A DNA stretch of 64,000 nucleotides. Source: Vulcanimicrobiota bacterium. GTDB lineage: Bacteria > Vulcanimicrobiota > Vulcanimicrobiia > Vulcanimicrobiales > Vulcanimicrobiaceae. Positions 30,706 to 39,965 of this stretch are shown one piece after another. The DNA lies in assembly GCA_963714015.1 (NCBI GenBank), contig OY970223.1, positions 1,216,001-1,280,000 of the forward strand. Direction: 5' to 3'. Position numbers and translations under genes: made by a program. Within the stretch, counting starts at the first letter, position 1. Every line of letters starts with the position of its first letter. The notes under the pieces were generated by a model. The model made no database searches. It was not told where the DNA came from and saw nothing but the letters and a program-made list of their open reading frames with translations.

Positions 30706-31926
30706 ATGAAACGATCGGGATTTCTCGCCGGTGCTCTGAGCGGACTGGCCGTCGTGGCAAACACTCATCACGTCTTTGCGCGAGCGCTCGCCGATTCGCC
30801 GCTCCCGGGTCTGCCGGGCAGTGAAGACCGGTGCCTCGTGCTGATAAATCTGCAGGGCGGGAACGACGGTTTGAACTGCATCGTGCCCTACGGTGATCCG
30901 CAATACTACACCGTACGCCCGACCATCGGCGTTCCGCAGAGCGCCGTACTGTCCATCGACAAACAGATCGGCTTTAATCCGGCGATGCAGTCGTTGAAGG
31001 CAATGTACGACAAAGGAATGGTCGCCGTCGTTCAGGGTGTCGGATACCCGAATCCCGATCATTCGCACTTCCGTTCCACGGAGATTTGGCAGACCGCGGC
31101 TCCCGATCGTTACGAACATACGGGCTGGTTGGGCCGGTATTTGGACGACGCCGGGTTGCCCAAAGACAATCTTTTCAACGGCATCGCGATCTCGCAGGTT
31201 CTGCCCGAGGTTCTGGTGGCCAATCATACGGACGTGCCTGCAATCGCGCAGGTGCACGGGTACGGTCTGGTGAGCGACCGCAACAGCGCCGCCCGCAGTG
31301 TCTATTCAAATCTGCTCGCAGACAGCCGCTTGCCTTTTACGTCGCCGTACTTGGCTCACGTGGCGGAGATCGAAGATCATGCCCAACGCGGATCGGAAGA
31401 ACTTCCCAAACTCATTGCCGGCTACAAACCCGCCGGAGCGTATCCGGCAACGCCGCTGGGCCGGAGCCTATCCCTCGCCGCGCAGATCATCGGCAGCAAC
31501 GTGCGCACCCGCGTGCTCTACGTGGCGCACGGTTCCTTCGACACGCACATCAGCCAAAAGGCTACGCAAGATCGTTTACTCGGGGAGTTCAGCGACGCGA
31601 TGAAGGCGTTTTACGACGACCTCGCCGCTCACGGCAGCGATAAGCGCGTTTTGACCATGACGTTTTCGGAATTCGGCCGGCGGATCGAGGAGAATGCAAG
31701 CCGGGGAACCGATCATGGGGAAGCGTCCCCGCTCTTTCTAGTCGGCGGCGGGGTAAAGGGCGGGGTCTACGGCACATATCCCGATTTGAGCAAAACGAGT
31801 ATCGGCAACGTCGGCTTCACGACCGACTTCCGAAACGTTTACGCCACGGTGCTCGAGCGGTGGCTCTCAAGGCCTTCGCAGACCGTACTCCAAGGCCGGT
31901 TCAACCAGTTGTCCATGCTTGCTTAG
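30706..31926 (+). CDS. DUF1501 protein
   Basis: LQGGNDGLN, SHFRSTEIW, GWLGR, SEFGRR, GTDHG; usual partner of DUF1800. Confidence 0.93.
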   Translation: MKRSGFLAGALSGLAVVANTHHVFARALADSPLPGLPGSEDRCLVLINLQGGNDGLNCIVPYGDPQYYTVRPTIGVPQSAVLSIDKQIGFNPAMQSLKAMYDKGMVAVVQGVGYPNPDHSHFRSTEIWQTAAPDRYEHTGWLGRYLDDAGLPKDNLFNGIAISQVLPEVLVANHTDVPAIAQVHGYGLVSDRNSAARSVYSNLLADSRLPFTSPYLAHVAEIEDHAQRGSEELPKLIAGYKPAGAYPATPLGRSLSLAAQIIGSNVRTRVLYVAHGSFDTHISQKATQDRLLGEFSDAMKAFYDDLAAHGSDKRVLTMTFSEFGRRIEENASRGTDHGEASPLFLVGGGVKGGVYGTYPDLSKTSIGNVGFTTDFRNVYATVLERWLSRPSQTVLQGRFNQLSMLA

Positions 31927-32080
31927 AGCTCACGTCACCAAGTCCGCCATCTCGACGCAGGGCGGTCCCAACCGTATGCCAAATGACCTGCACTGCTGCG
32001 CTCGGAATTGATTGGTATGGGGCTCATCGACCATCTCACCGTCTGCGCCCAACCGGCCGAGTTTTTTTAGAAGACGGAAG

Positions 32081-32102
32081 TTCGAATAGCCGCCTATTCG
32101 AA
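32081..32102. promoter_or_regulatory. Candidate operator, perfect inverted repeat TTCGAATAG-N4-CTATTCGAA
   Basis: 9-bp arms, 28 bp upstream of a PadR-family gene. Confidence 0.5.
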
Positions 32103-32130
32103 ACTCGTGTGACGGGATGAGTGAGAACGT

Positions 32131-32517
32131 ATGGCAGTTGCGGTCGACACGGGCCGGGAGGGTGGACTCCCCCCAAAGGGCACACCGAAGAATTATCTGG
32201 TAGCTTGGCTGCTGGTAATGCTCAAAGAGCAGAACCTTCACGGCTACGAGATTATGAAAGAACTCAAAGCCAGGTTCGACGTTATCGCGGATCCGGGAAC
32301 GGTTTACCGGGCGCTGCGGCAGCTGGAACGCGATGGTTATATCTCGTCGTGGTGGGACCCGAAAGACCAAGGACCCGCCCGCCGCATCTACACGCTCACC
32401 GAAGACGGCAATGCGGCGCTTGCCGTTTGGGGTGCGGCTTTGGAACAGTACCGCACGAACTTGGACGCCTTTTTCTCGTTATATGCGAGCGGCTGGCCGC
32501 GGATAGGCGGAAAGTAG
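32131..32517 (+). CDS. PadR-family regulator, PhaQ-like
   Basis: PKNYLVAWLL, LHGYEI, GTVYRALRQLE, GPARRIYTLT, LDAFFSLY. Confidence 0.88.
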   Translation: MAVAVDTGREGGLPPKGTPKNYLVAWLLVMLKEQNLHGYEIMKELKARFDVIADPGTVYRALRQLERDGYISSWWDPKDQGPARRIYTLTEDGNAALAVWGAALEQYRTNLDAFFSLYASGWPRIGGK

Positions 32518-32547
32518 TTCCAAACGCCGGTGCGAACCGGCGTTTCA

Positions 32548-33342
32548 ATGATCACCGTACTCTTTTTGGGGACAGGCGGAGCGCGCTTCGTCGTGGCGCG
32601 CCAATTCCGCGCGTCAGGCGGGATGTGGATGCACTTCGGAAGCACGCAAATCCACGTCGATCCCGGACCGGGCGCACTCGTCCGCGCGCTCTCGAACGTT
32701 CCGCCGTGTAACCCGCGCGAACTCGCCGGCATCGTACTCTCGCACAAGCACCTGGATCACTCCAACGACGTGAACGTGATGATCGAAGCGATGACCTCCG
32801 GCGGCTTTCGGCGACGCGGCGTGCTGCTCGCTCCACGCGATGCCGTTGAGGATGAGCCGGTCGTGTTTCCGTACGCACAGCGATTCGTAGAGCGCCTGGA
32901 GATTTCGCGCGAACGAAGCGGGCCTTATGCAATCGGCGAAGTGGAGGTGCGCACGTCAATCAAACACCTCCACGCGGTCGAGACGTATGGAATGCATTTC
33001 ACTTACCGGGGGCGCACGATTTCGTACATGCCTTGCGGGCGCTACTTCGAGGGATTGGCTGAGGACTATCGCACTCATTCACCGGATGTCCTCATCGTCA
33101 ACGTGCTGAGGTACCGCGACGGCATGGACGTCGACCATTTGACGTTCGAAGACGCGCGCAACGCCGTCCGCACGATTTCGCCCAAGGTTTGCGTGCTGCA
33201 GCATTTCGGGACCAAGATGCTCGAGCAAAGCCCCACGCGTTTGGCCGCGGAATTGCAGGAGCGGATTGGCATTCGAACGATAGCGGCGCGCGACGGCTTG
33301 CTGCTCGACGTCGAGACGGAGGTCGAAGCCGTTGCCGGTTGA
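32548..33342 (+). CDS. MBL-fold metallo-hydrolase
   Basis: FLGTGG, VDPGPG, SHKHLDH, HFG. Confidence 0.9.
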   Translation: MITVLFLGTGGARFVVARQFRASGGMWMHFGSTQIHVDPGPGALVRALSNVPPCNPRELAGIVLSHKHLDHSNDVNVMIEAMTSGGFRRRGVLLAPRDAVEDEPVVFPYAQRFVERLEISRERSGPYAIGEVEVRTSIKHLHAVETYGMHFTYRGRTISYMPCGRYFEGLAEDYRTHSPDVLIVNVLRYRDGMDVDHLTFEDARNAVRTISPKVCVLQHFGTKMLEQSPTRLAAELQERIGIRTIAARDGLLLDVETEVEAVAG

Positions 33343-33757
33343 GTTCGTGCGTGCCAGCACCGAACAAGTGGAGTCGTTCGTCCGCCTCACGGAGCGCGAG
33401 GCACTCAAGAGCCTGTTCGAATTCAGCGTGATCTGGCACGAGCAGCGGCACGATCTGGCCGCGTTAGAGGGCACGACGATGGTCGCGCTCGCACAGATTC
33501 GCATTGCGGCCTCGCTCGCGCACGTCGAGCATGTGGTCGTGCTGCCGGAACACCGGGGCAAACGTATCGGGCGAGAGTTGCTCGAGCACGCCGCCGGCGC
33601 CGCGAGCTATTACAACTGCCACAAGATGACGGCGCTCGTCCCGCACAAGAGTACGGCTCAGACGTTCTTTGAACGTTGCGGCTATCGCGAGGAGGCGGTA
33701 CTCCCACAGCACACGTTCAAGCTCGACATGGCCGTGCTGCGCAAATTTCTGCTTTGA
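33332..33757 (+). CDS. GNAT acetyltransferase
   Basis: VLPEHRGKRIGRELL, FFERCGY. Confidence 0.88.
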   Translation: MPVEFVRASTEQVESFVRLTEREALKSLFEFSVIWHEQRHDLAALEGTTMVALAQIRIAASLAHVEHVVVLPEHRGKRIGRELLEHAAGAASYYNCHKMTALVPHKSTAQTFFERCGYREEAVLPQHTFKLDMAVLRKFLL

Positions 33758-33760
33758 TCG

Positions 33761-34843
33761 CTACGGCATGCGAATCTTGCGTCCAGGTTGAGGGCGGCGA
33801 GCAGCGGGCGCGCCCACACGGTGCCAACCGCCTTGGCCCCGGCGCGCTTTGCGGGAGCCGTTGTACAGATAAACTGCTCCGCTACCCGTGCTGGCCGTTA
33901 CGACGGGTCCGCCGCCGCCGTAGGTAGCTTGCGCGTCGGTCGAAGTTCCGGTGACGCTGCCCTGCCGATCGAAGCCGTCGAAGATCTTGCCGCCTGCGCT
34001 GTGCGCGCCAATCTGCACACCGCCGCTGCCCACGCCAATCGCGACGTTGCCGTTCTGCGATTCGAAGCGCGCCACGCCCGGTGAGAACGTCCCATCGTCG
34101 TACGCAACGTTTCCGTTGATGCTGCTGACTTCGATCTGCTGGGCGGTGCAGTGTTCGAAAATCACGTTTCCGACCGCAGTCCGCGCGCGAACCCGATCGA
34201 ACGTTGAATTCGAAACGCGGATTCGTCCGCGTCCGGCCTCAAGGTACGCCGCGCCGCTGACGTCGTCGGCGAGAATTGGGCCGTTGCGGATTCTGCCGAC
34301 GAAGCTGCCGCCGTGGTAGCCCTGAACTTGAATCTGACCACGCCCGACTACGGCCAGCAGTAATGCGGTATTGTTCGGGATCGTCAGCGTGACCGCGGCG
34401 TTTTGATCGCCGCCGCGCACGAGCACACCGTCATGTTCGCCTTGCGAGAGCGAGTTCACGGCAAAATCTTCAGGCGGCAGTTTGAGCGGTCCATTCGGCG
34501 CTAAAATCGTCGTCTCGAAGATCGGAATATCGCCGCCGCGCAGCTGATTGCGAACCACGGGAGGCGCGAAGTGCTGCGCGTTCACGGGAGCGCTCGACGT
34601 GACGTGGACTTGCGGCTGATCCCAAGTGCGTACGGTGAGTGTTCCGGACTGCATCTGCATGCGCACTACTGCGGCTGGACCGACGGGCATCGTCAGGTCG
34701 GTGCCGCTGTCCGCGCGCGCCGGCGACCACCCAAGCGCAAACGCAAAGAGAGCGGCTGCCGCCGCCCCTGCGAGCCCTCTTACGCTCGGACTGTCCACAG
34801 GTTCATTGTACGGCCCGCGGTGCGGCAAGCCATGAAAATTCAA
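33761..34843 (-). CDS. Secreted DUF4097-like beta-strand repeat protein
   Basis: Signal peptide (..ARA-D); repeated TxxGxV units. Confidence 0.65.
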   Translation of the reverse strand: MNFHGLPHRGPYNEPVDSPSVRGLAGAAAAALFAFALGWSPARADSGTDLTMPVGPAAVVRMQMQSGTLTVRTWDQPQVHVTSSAPVNAQHFAPPVVRNQLRGGDIPIFETTILAPNGPLKLPPEDFAVNSLSQGEHDGVLVRGGDQNAAVTLTIPNNTALLLAVVGRGQIQVQGYHGGSFVGRIRNGPILADDVSGAAYLEAGRGRIRVSNSTFDRVRARTAVGNVIFEHCTAQQIEVSSINGNVAYDDGTFSPGVARFESQNGNVAIGVGSGGVQIGAHSAGGKIFDGFDRQGSVTGTSTDAQATYGGGGPVVTASTGSGAVYLYNGSRKARRGQGGWHRVGAPAARRPQPGRKIRMP

Positions 34844-36240
34844 TGAATTTGGGGCAGCTCTATACGGAAGAGCGCGCCCCCTGCGGCCGGACGCTCCGCC
34901 TCAACCGTGCCGCCGTGAATTCGCGCGATGGATCTGACGATTGCCAATCCTAAACCGGTTCCCGGAACCTCGCGGCTGCGAGACTTGTCGGTGCGGTAAA
35001 AACGGTTAAAAACGTGTAAAAGCTCGTCGCGATCGATTCCCGGGCCGGTGTCCTGCACTTCGACGATGCCCTTGCTTCCGTTGCCCCGGACGCGCACCGT
35101 AACCGAGCCTTCCGGCGTAAATTTGATCGCGTTGTCGATCAGGTTAGTAATCATCTGGCGCACCAGTGCCGGGTCGCCTTCGACGATTGGCGACTCCTCA
35201 GCGGCCTCGACGTTGAGTGCAAGTCCTTTGTCTCTCGCGCGCTGCGCTGCACCGTGTGCGGCGTCTTTGGCAATCGCGGCAAGCGACAGCGGCTCTTTCG
35301 GAATGGCGTCCCCCGAGTCAGCCTTTGCGAGCGTAAGCATGCCGCCGACCATGTTGGCGAGCGACGTCGTCTCGTCGATGATCGTCTGCAGACTCTCCTT
35401 GCGAACGGCTTCGTCTTTATCGCCCCAGCGGGCGAGCATCTGCGCGTTCGCATTGATCGAAGTCAGCGGAGTCTTCAACTCGTGTGATGCATCGGAGATG
35501 AACTGACGCTCACGCGCAAAGGCTTCTTCGAGGCGGGCAAGCAAGTCGTCGAAACTTTCCGCCAGATGACCGATTTCGTCTTTGCGTCCGTTCCACCGTA
35601 GCCGCCGATGCAGGCCTTCCGAACCGATTTCGTGCATCGCGCGCGCCAATTCGTTGATTGGGTTCGTCGCTTGCGAGGCGAGCAAGTAGGAAAGGAGAGC
35701 CACAGCAAGCGCCGCCGCGCCCAAGATCACCAGTATCGAGAATTCCGTCTGGCGAAAAGCGCTGTTGAGCTGGTCGAGCGGTTCGGCGATCTGCACGATT
35801 GCCGCGTGCGTACCGGTTGCCAGCAGCGCGCTGTAGACCAAAAACGGCCGTGCTTGCACGGTTACCTCGCGCGTGCTCGTCTGGCTCTTTGCGTTCGTTC
35901 CGCTCGGTCCGAACGTATGGATCGAACCCATGTTGAAGCTGGTTGCGAGCGGGTACCCGCGAGGGTCGTCGACCTCGATGTACGTGGTGGGGGAGGCCCA
36001 GCGCTCCAGGTTATCGGGATTCTCGAGTTCGAGCAGCGGATCGCCGTTGCCGGTAAAGGTGAACGCGTTCGAGGGTGCGGTGGTGCGTTCGATGTCCTGC
36101 ATGGTCGTGATCGCGCGCTGCTGCGCTTGATCGCGCAAAATTTGCTCGAAGCGCAGTGTGATCGCGAGGCCCAGCGCGGCGATGACGACGATGAGGAGAA
36201 GCGCGTACCAAAGCGCGATTCGCCACCGCAGCGAAGTCAT
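34840..36240 (-). CDS. HAMP-domain sensor histidine kinase
   Basis: DEIGHLAESF, DASHELKTPL, NLIDNAIKF, GTGLGLAI. Confidence 0.95.
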   Translation of the reverse strand: MTSLRWRIALWYALLLIVVIAALGLAITLRFEQILRDQAQQRAITTMQDIERTTAPSNAFTFTGNGDPLLELENPDNLERWASPTTYIEVDDPRGYPLATSFNMGSIHTFGPSGTNAKSQTSTREVTVQARPFLVYSALLATGTHAAIVQIAEPLDQLNSAFRQTEFSILVILGAAALAVALLSYLLASQATNPINELARAMHEIGSEGLHRRLRWNGRKDEIGHLAESFDDLLARLEEAFARERQFISDASHELKTPLTSINANAQMLARWGDKDEAVRKESLQTIIDETTSLANMVGGMLTLAKADSGDAIPKEPLSLAAIAKDAAHGAAQRARDKGLALNVEAAEESPIVEGDPALVRQMITNLIDNAIKFTPEGSVTVRVRGNGSKGIVEVQDTGPGIDRDELLHVFNRFYRTDKSRSREVPGTGLGLAIVRSIARIHGGTVEAERPAAGGALFRIELPQIH

Positions 36241-36249
36241 GAGCAGCGC

Positions 36250-36939
36250 CTAATCCTTGATAGTATAGCCGATGCCGCGGACTGTCGTGATCAGTTTGTC
36301 GTCGAAACCCTCGTCGATTTTACCGCGCAGATACCGGATGTACACGTCGATCAAGTTTGAGTCGCCCAGGAAATCGCTCCCCCAGACGCCGTTAAAGAGC
36401 TCGTCGCGCGAGTGCACCTTGTTGCGGTGAAGCAGGAGGTATTCCAATAGGGCGTATTCTTTTGCCGTCAAGTTGATGAGCTTGCCGCCGCGGACGACCT
36501 CGTGCCGGTCGCGATCCATCACCAAATCGCGATACTCGATGACGCTGCGCGCCGGTTCTTTGTCGCGCAGACGCGCGCGCACCCGCGCCAGCAGCTCTTC
36601 GGTCGCGAACGGCTTGGTCAGGTAGTCATCGGCACCCAGATCGAGTCCGGAGACGCGATCCGGCACGCGGTCCTTGGCCGTGAGCATGATAATCGGCACG
36701 CGGCTTTTGGCGCGCACGCGCTTGCACACTTCCAATCCGTCCATGCGCGGAAGCATCAAATCCAAAATAATGAGATCGGGCTCTTTGAGCGCTCTCTCCA
36801 GTCCGGTCAATCCATCCCGAGCGGATTCTACGGCGTAGCCTTCGTGCTCGAGCTCGAGTTGCAGCACGCGGCTGATCGCCGCATCGTCCTCGATAACCAA
36901 AATGCGATGCGGCTGCGTTTGCGCGGGGCTGGTTCTCAT
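36250..36939 (-). CDS. OmpR-family response regulator
   Basis: ILVIEDD, LDLMLP, GADDYLTKPF, DVYIRYLR. Confidence 0.95.
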   Translation of the reverse strand: MRTSPAQTQPHRILVIEDDAAISRVLQLELEHEGYAVESARDGLTGLERALKEPDLIILDLMLPRMDGLEVCKRVRAKSRVPIIMLTAKDRVPDRVSGLDLGADDYLTKPFATEELLARVRARLRDKEPARSVIEYRDLVMDRDRHEVVRGGKLINLTAKEYALLEYLLLHRNKVHSRDELFNGVWGSDFLGDSNLIDVYIRYLRGKIDEGFDDKLITTVRGIGYTIKD

Positions 36940-36948
36940 GCCATAGGG

Positions 36949-37320
36949 TTATCGACGGCTCGCTCGCAAAGCCCCCGCAACCGGCGTTAAATTCAACTGA
37001 GAAATCCAAAGTACGAGACCGCCGCCCAATGCGGTCCAGAATAGGAAATCGGGACGCGCAAACGTCGCAAGCGCAGCGGCGAGGTAGATCTTCAGGGTAG
37101 CAAAGGCGGGCAGAGAGCCTCCGTGCGTCGAGAGCACCGCGACCCAGGCGAGCAGCGCACAGAACGCGCCGAGAACCCAAACTTCCCACGGCTTGACCGG
37201 CATCGGCGTACGATAGATCGTGGCCGCCAAAATCGACGACCGCAAATCGGCGGGCGGCTCTTCCAATTCCAGCCCGAAGAGCGCGCGCTCCAGTTCCTCG
37301 TCCGTTTCGTAGGGTTTCAT
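36949..37320 (-). CDS. Small membrane protein, probable anti-sigma factor
   Basis: EEPPADLRSSILA then two TM segments; ATGA-coupled to ECF sigma. Confidence 0.65.
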   Translation of the reverse strand: MKPYETDEELERALFGLELEEPPADLRSSILAATIYRTPMPVKPWEVWVLGAFCALLAWVAVLSTHGGSLPAFATLKIYLAAALATFARPDFLFWTALGGGLVLWISQLNLTPVAGALRASRR

Positions 37321-37907
37321 TTTGATACTCCCGCGGCGTCCTCGCTCAGCATGCGCCGCAATTGTTCCTTGGCTCTAAATAAATGCGTCTTTACCGTACC
37401 CATCGGAATCCCCAGGACTTGGGCGATCTCTTCGTATTGGCGCCCCTGTAAATGATACAACGTAATTACTGTACGATATTTCTCCGGAAGGGCCTCGATT
37501 GCGGCGCGAAGCCTTCGGGCCTCGTCCTCGGCAATCGCCTGCGAATCCGGTCCGGCCGCCGGGTCGGCCCGCTCCGGCATCTCTTCGTTCGAGTATCGCC
37601 GCCGGCGCGAAAGACGATCGCAGCAGGCGTGGTACGTTATCGCAAAGATCCAGGTCGAGAATTTGTTACCCGGTTTGAAGGTGCGCAGGCTCCGGTAGGC
37701 TTTGAAGAAGGCCTCCTGAGCGGCGTCCCGGGCCTCTTCCTGATCCCGAAGCGTCCGGTAGGCGAGGTGGTAGACTGCGCGGTCGTAACGCTCGACCAGT
37801 GTGCCGAAGGCATCCGGGCGCCCCGCCAGGGCGGCTGCAACAAGAGCCTGGTCATCGTCATCGTCGGCCGGGTGAATGAGCGGTGCCTCCAATAGCGCTG
37901 CAGCCAC
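37317..37907 (-). CDS. ECF sigma-70 factor (SigW/RpoE-like)
   Basis: AFGTLVERY, DAAQEAF, FSTWIFAI, YEEIAQVLGIPMGTVKTHLFRA; GTG start 37907. Confidence 0.93.
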   Translation of the reverse strand: MAAALLEAPLIHPADDDDDQALVAAALAGRPDAFGTLVERYDRAVYHLAYRTLRDQEEARDAAQEAFFKAYRSLRTFKPGNKFSTWIFAITYHACCDRLSRRRRYSNEEMPERADPAAGPDSQAIAEDEARRLRAAIEALPEKYRTVITLYHLQGRQYEEIAQVLGIPMGTVKTHLFRAKEQLRRMLSEDAAGVSK

Positions 37908-37915
37908 ATCACACC

Positions 37916-37941
37916 TACGCGCAGCCGCACGGCAATGTTTC
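37916..37941 (-). promoter_or_regulatory. ECF (SigW-type) promoter of the sigma gene
   Basis: GAAAC-N17-CGTA, 8 nt before GTG. Confidence 0.7.
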
Positions 37942-38013
37942 GCCATCGAAGCCCTTGGGGCTCCCCAATACATTCGAACGGCGGCGGGTCGGCGCGAGGC
38001 CGGGTTCCCCCGC

Positions 38014-38038
38014 GAAACATCGCTCAGGTCACGGCGTA
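38014..38038 (+). promoter_or_regulatory. ECF (SigW-type) promoter of the DUF4097 operon
   Basis: GAAAC-N16-CGTA, 8 nt before ATG. Confidence 0.7.
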
Positions 38039-38046
38039 GATAGGGC

Positions 38047-38976
38047 ATGCGGTACTCGAGAACGGGCATCATCATCGCCCTCGTCGGCGCCGAGATCTTC
38101 ATCGCCGGCGCCATCCTGGCTGCCTTGGGCGGTCACGGCAACTGGGCCTTCGGCTCGACCGGCATGCACACGGTTTCATTTGCGCCGCGCACGTTCGATC
38201 CGATCGATGCCGGCTCGACCCCGCACGTGCAGATCGACGACGCGGATTCGACCGTCACCGTGAGCGTGTCCAGCGACGGACTCGTTCACGTTTGGGACAA
38301 CACACGCTTCGGCGGAGCGATCTTCGCAAAGAATTCGCCGCCGCAATTGCAGGTGGAGCGCACGCCGGACGGCGCGCGGATCTATCGGCCTTCCGGCGAT
38401 AATGACTGGTTCAATCTGGGCTGGTCCGATCGGAAGATCTCCGTAGCGGTTCCCGCAAACGCAACGCTCGAGATCGTATCTTGCGCGGGAGCGGACATTT
38501 CGGGTCTGAACGGATCGATTCGCGCGCATTCCGACGACGGAGACGTAAGCGCGCGCGATCTACGCGGCGATGCGGATCTGTCGTCCGACGACGGCGGTAT
38601 CGCTGTGGCGGGAATGAACGCGCGTAGTCTTTCGGTTTCAACCAGCGACGGCGACGTGAATCTGCGCGACATCCAAGTGGACAGTCTTGACGGATCCACG
38701 AACGACGGCGACATAACGGCGTCCGGGTTGAAAGTCGCCGGCGGCAGTCTGAAGACGAGCGATGGTTCGGTTGAAGTCGCGCTCGGCGGCACGAATCTTT
38801 TGGTACACGCGCACACCGACGACGGCAGCGTCTCGTTCGACGGCCGCAAGGTTTCGACGAGCGACGACGATGACGATTCGTCAAGCGGCGACTATAAAAT
38901 GGGCAGCGGCGGCGGAACGCTGGAGGTCGCCTCAAATGACGGTAATATTCATATCAGCACGAACGGAGTCCAATGA
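38047..38976 (+). CDS. DUF4097 family beta-strand repeat protein
   Basis: N-terminal TM; repeated (S/T)xDGD(V/I) units. Confidence 0.85.
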   Translation: MRYSRTGIIIALVGAEIFIAGAILAALGGHGNWAFGSTGMHTVSFAPRTFDPIDAGSTPHVQIDDADSTVTVSVSSDGLVHVWDNTRFGGAIFAKNSPPQLQVERTPDGARIYRPSGDNDWFNLGWSDRKISVAVPANATLEIVSCAGADISGLNGSIRAHSDDGDVSARDLRGDADLSSDDGGIAVAGMNARSLSVSTSDGDVNLRDIQVDSLDGSTNDGDITASGLKVAGGSLKTSDGSVEVALGGTNLLVHAHTDDGSVSFDGRKVSTSDDDDDSSSGDYKMGSGGGTLEVASNDGNIHISTNGVQ

Positions 38977-39611
38977 CCATGTTATTAGCCAGCGGCAGCG
39001 ATGATTTTGTCGGCGCCATCGCAATCCTCGCGTTCATCGGGTTGCCGATAGCATATGCGATGGTCAATCGCATGCTTGCTCATCAAGAGCGAATGGAGAT
39101 GCTGCGGCGCGGAATGGTTCCGCCGCCCGATCCGAAGTGGGCCAAGAAGGCCGCCAAACGCGGCTGGTACGCGCAGGCTCCGTATACGGCAGCGCCGCCT
39201 CCGCCAGCGGGTCCGCCTCCGGGTTGGAACCTGGACGCCCAAAATCAAGCGGACTGCCATTTGCGTAAAGGGATCACGCTGGCATGCATCGGCTTCGCAC
39301 TGCTGATCGGTCTCTCGTTCATCGACAACTTGACCGGCACGCCGGGACCGTGGCTGCTTGGCGGATTGATACCGCTGTTCGCCGGAATCGCTCAAATCAT
39401 CATCGCTTTGGCGTCCGGTGCGCGACTCGGACCGGCCGGCGCCCCTTGGAACGATCGTGGAGTCCACGTTCAACAGCCCGGCCCGCAGTACCAGGAACAG
39501 ACTGCCGCCTACAGCAGCGGCCCTCGCGATGTGACTCCGGGCCCCTACGCCTGGCGTCCCGGCCCCACCACAGAACTCGAGCCGGGCCCTCGCCCGCCTG
39601 ACAAGCGCTGA
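38973..39611 (+). CDS. Membrane protein, DUF6249-like
   Basis: TM, HQERMEMLRRG, LRKGITL..G..L, GLIPLFAG; Pro-rich linkers. Confidence 0.7.
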   Translation: MTMLLASGSDDFVGAIAILAFIGLPIAYAMVNRMLAHQERMEMLRRGMVPPPDPKWAKKAAKRGWYAQAPYTAAPPPPAGPPPGWNLDAQNQADCHLRKGITLACIGFALLIGLSFIDNLTGTPGPWLLGGLIPLFAGIAQIIIALASGARLGPAGAPWNDRGVHVQQPGPQYQEQTAAYSSGPRDVTPGPYAWRPGPTTELEPGPRPPDKR

Positions 39612-39632
39612 GATCAAGGCCCTAAGCAAAAG

Positions 39633-39666
39633 AAAAAACCGGTCGCCGCAGCGGCCGGTCTTTTTT
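39633..39666. terminator. Bidirectional intrinsic terminator
   Basis: A-run, ACCGGTCGC-CGCA-GCGGCCGGT, T-run, between convergent genes. Confidence 0.8.
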
Positions 39667-39692
39667 CATGAACTATCCAGCAATCGGAGGGT

Positions 39693-39833
39693 TCACTTAC
39701 AGCTGACCAGGGCGATTGCCCATCCAGCCGCAGTTCTTGTCCGGACGAGATAGCCGTCCGAGGTCCGGTCATAGACTTGGTAGCCCGCTCTTAGCGCGTC
39801 GGCTAGCGATTTGAAGACCATGAGACCTGCCAT
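39693..39833 (-). CDS. 46-aa hypothetical protein MAGLMVFKSLADALRAGYQVYDRTSDGYLVRTRTAAGWAIALVSCK
   Basis: Below ORF-track cut-off; strong RBS AAAGGAGGG, AT-rich upstream region, downstream terminator. Confidence 0.8.
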   Translation of the reverse strand: MAGLMVFKSLADALRAGYQVYDRTSDGYLVRTRTAAGWAIALVSCK

Positions 39834-39965
39834 TTTGTGGACCCTCCTTTCCTTTTTTCTAACTTCTATACCCTATAACGGCTTTTGTCGTAAAGAAGTT
39901 CAGTCTATTGTCGCAACTTAGATTAAAAATTGCGTTACGGAAGTATGTCGGGATGGTTGCGAGAA

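Noticed and set aside
32048..32061. 14-mer CCCAACCGGCCGAG shared with 63205-63218 (reverse strand)
   Set aside because: A GC-rich 14-mer match is plausible by chance at this composition, and the flanks are unrelated
31927..32080. Small ORFs or ncRNA after DUF1501
   Set aside because: Short minus-strand ORFs lack an RBS and coding-like composition; no convincing structure
39834..39965. PyrR-type attenuator upstream of pyrK
   Set aside because: No AGTCCnGnGAGGCT-like binding loop or terminator hairpin visible
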